A stretch of 33,067 nt of DNA from Catajapyx aquilonaris. Taxonomy: Eukaryota. Of the stretch, positions 32,802 through 33,067 are shown piece by piece (position 1 is the first letter of the stretch; every line of letters starts with the position of its first letter). The notes beneath the pieces are model-generated. The model did not search any database. It was not told the DNA's origin and worked only from the letters and a program-made list of their open reading frames with translations. The stretch spans positions 1 through 33,067 of the forward strand of contig JYFJ02004320.1 in the NCBI GenBank assembly GCA_000934665.2. Reading direction: 5' to 3'. Position numbers and translations under genes: made by a program.

Positions 32802-33067
32802 CTATCTTTTCCTCTGAATAGGTATGATTTTATTCTGCTTTCTCATATTACGCTTCCTTTTTTCTGTTGTGGTTGTGCGAATTGGGCATCTGCTACACCT
32901 GATCGCATAGCCCATTCTTTTGACTATGGATAAGTCTGGTCGGTAAATAGATCTCGATATATCGTACTCGAGTATAGCTGACTCTTGAGCCTTGATGTTA
33001 GTAAAGGAGGCATTGATGAGATGCACTCCATTGATACTTTTAACTCTGGAAAGAGCCACGTAGGCTT
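32802..33067 (-). mobile_element. C-terminal fragment of a PIF1-like SF1B helicase (Helitron/Helentron RepHel); continues beyond the window
   Basis: AYVALSRVKSINGVHLI is PIF1 helicase motif VI; a GC hairpin (ggggagcccc, about 32690) about 100 bp past the stop may be the element's 3' end. Confidence 0.8.

Overview
This is a eukaryotic, transposon-dense window, most likely from a large-genome insect. The tRNA-derived SINE families and CpG decay point to a hemimetabolous species, but that is inference. One host gene is clearly recognisable: the last two coding exons of a Deaf1-like MYND zinc-finger gene on the minus strand (28543-29002), split by a 60-nt intron. Most of the rest is mobile DNA. 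It includes four tRNA-derived SINE families (most copies with readable TSDs), Tc1/mariner-, pogo-, Sola-, piggyBac- and CACTA-like non-autonomous elements, a non-autonomous Helitron, a PIF1-helicase (Helitron/Helentron) 3' fragment and RTE-LINE remnants. Several of these form 3-4-layer nests. The least explained part is 1-13 kb. It is CpG-rich and holds several minus-strand, stop-interrupted reading frames (2143-2823, 4862-5075, 6995-7850, 11094-12801) that by eye look like diverged paralogues of a protein I cannot identify. All alignments were done by eye with no database search. Most ORFs in the supplied track are shadows of repeats.
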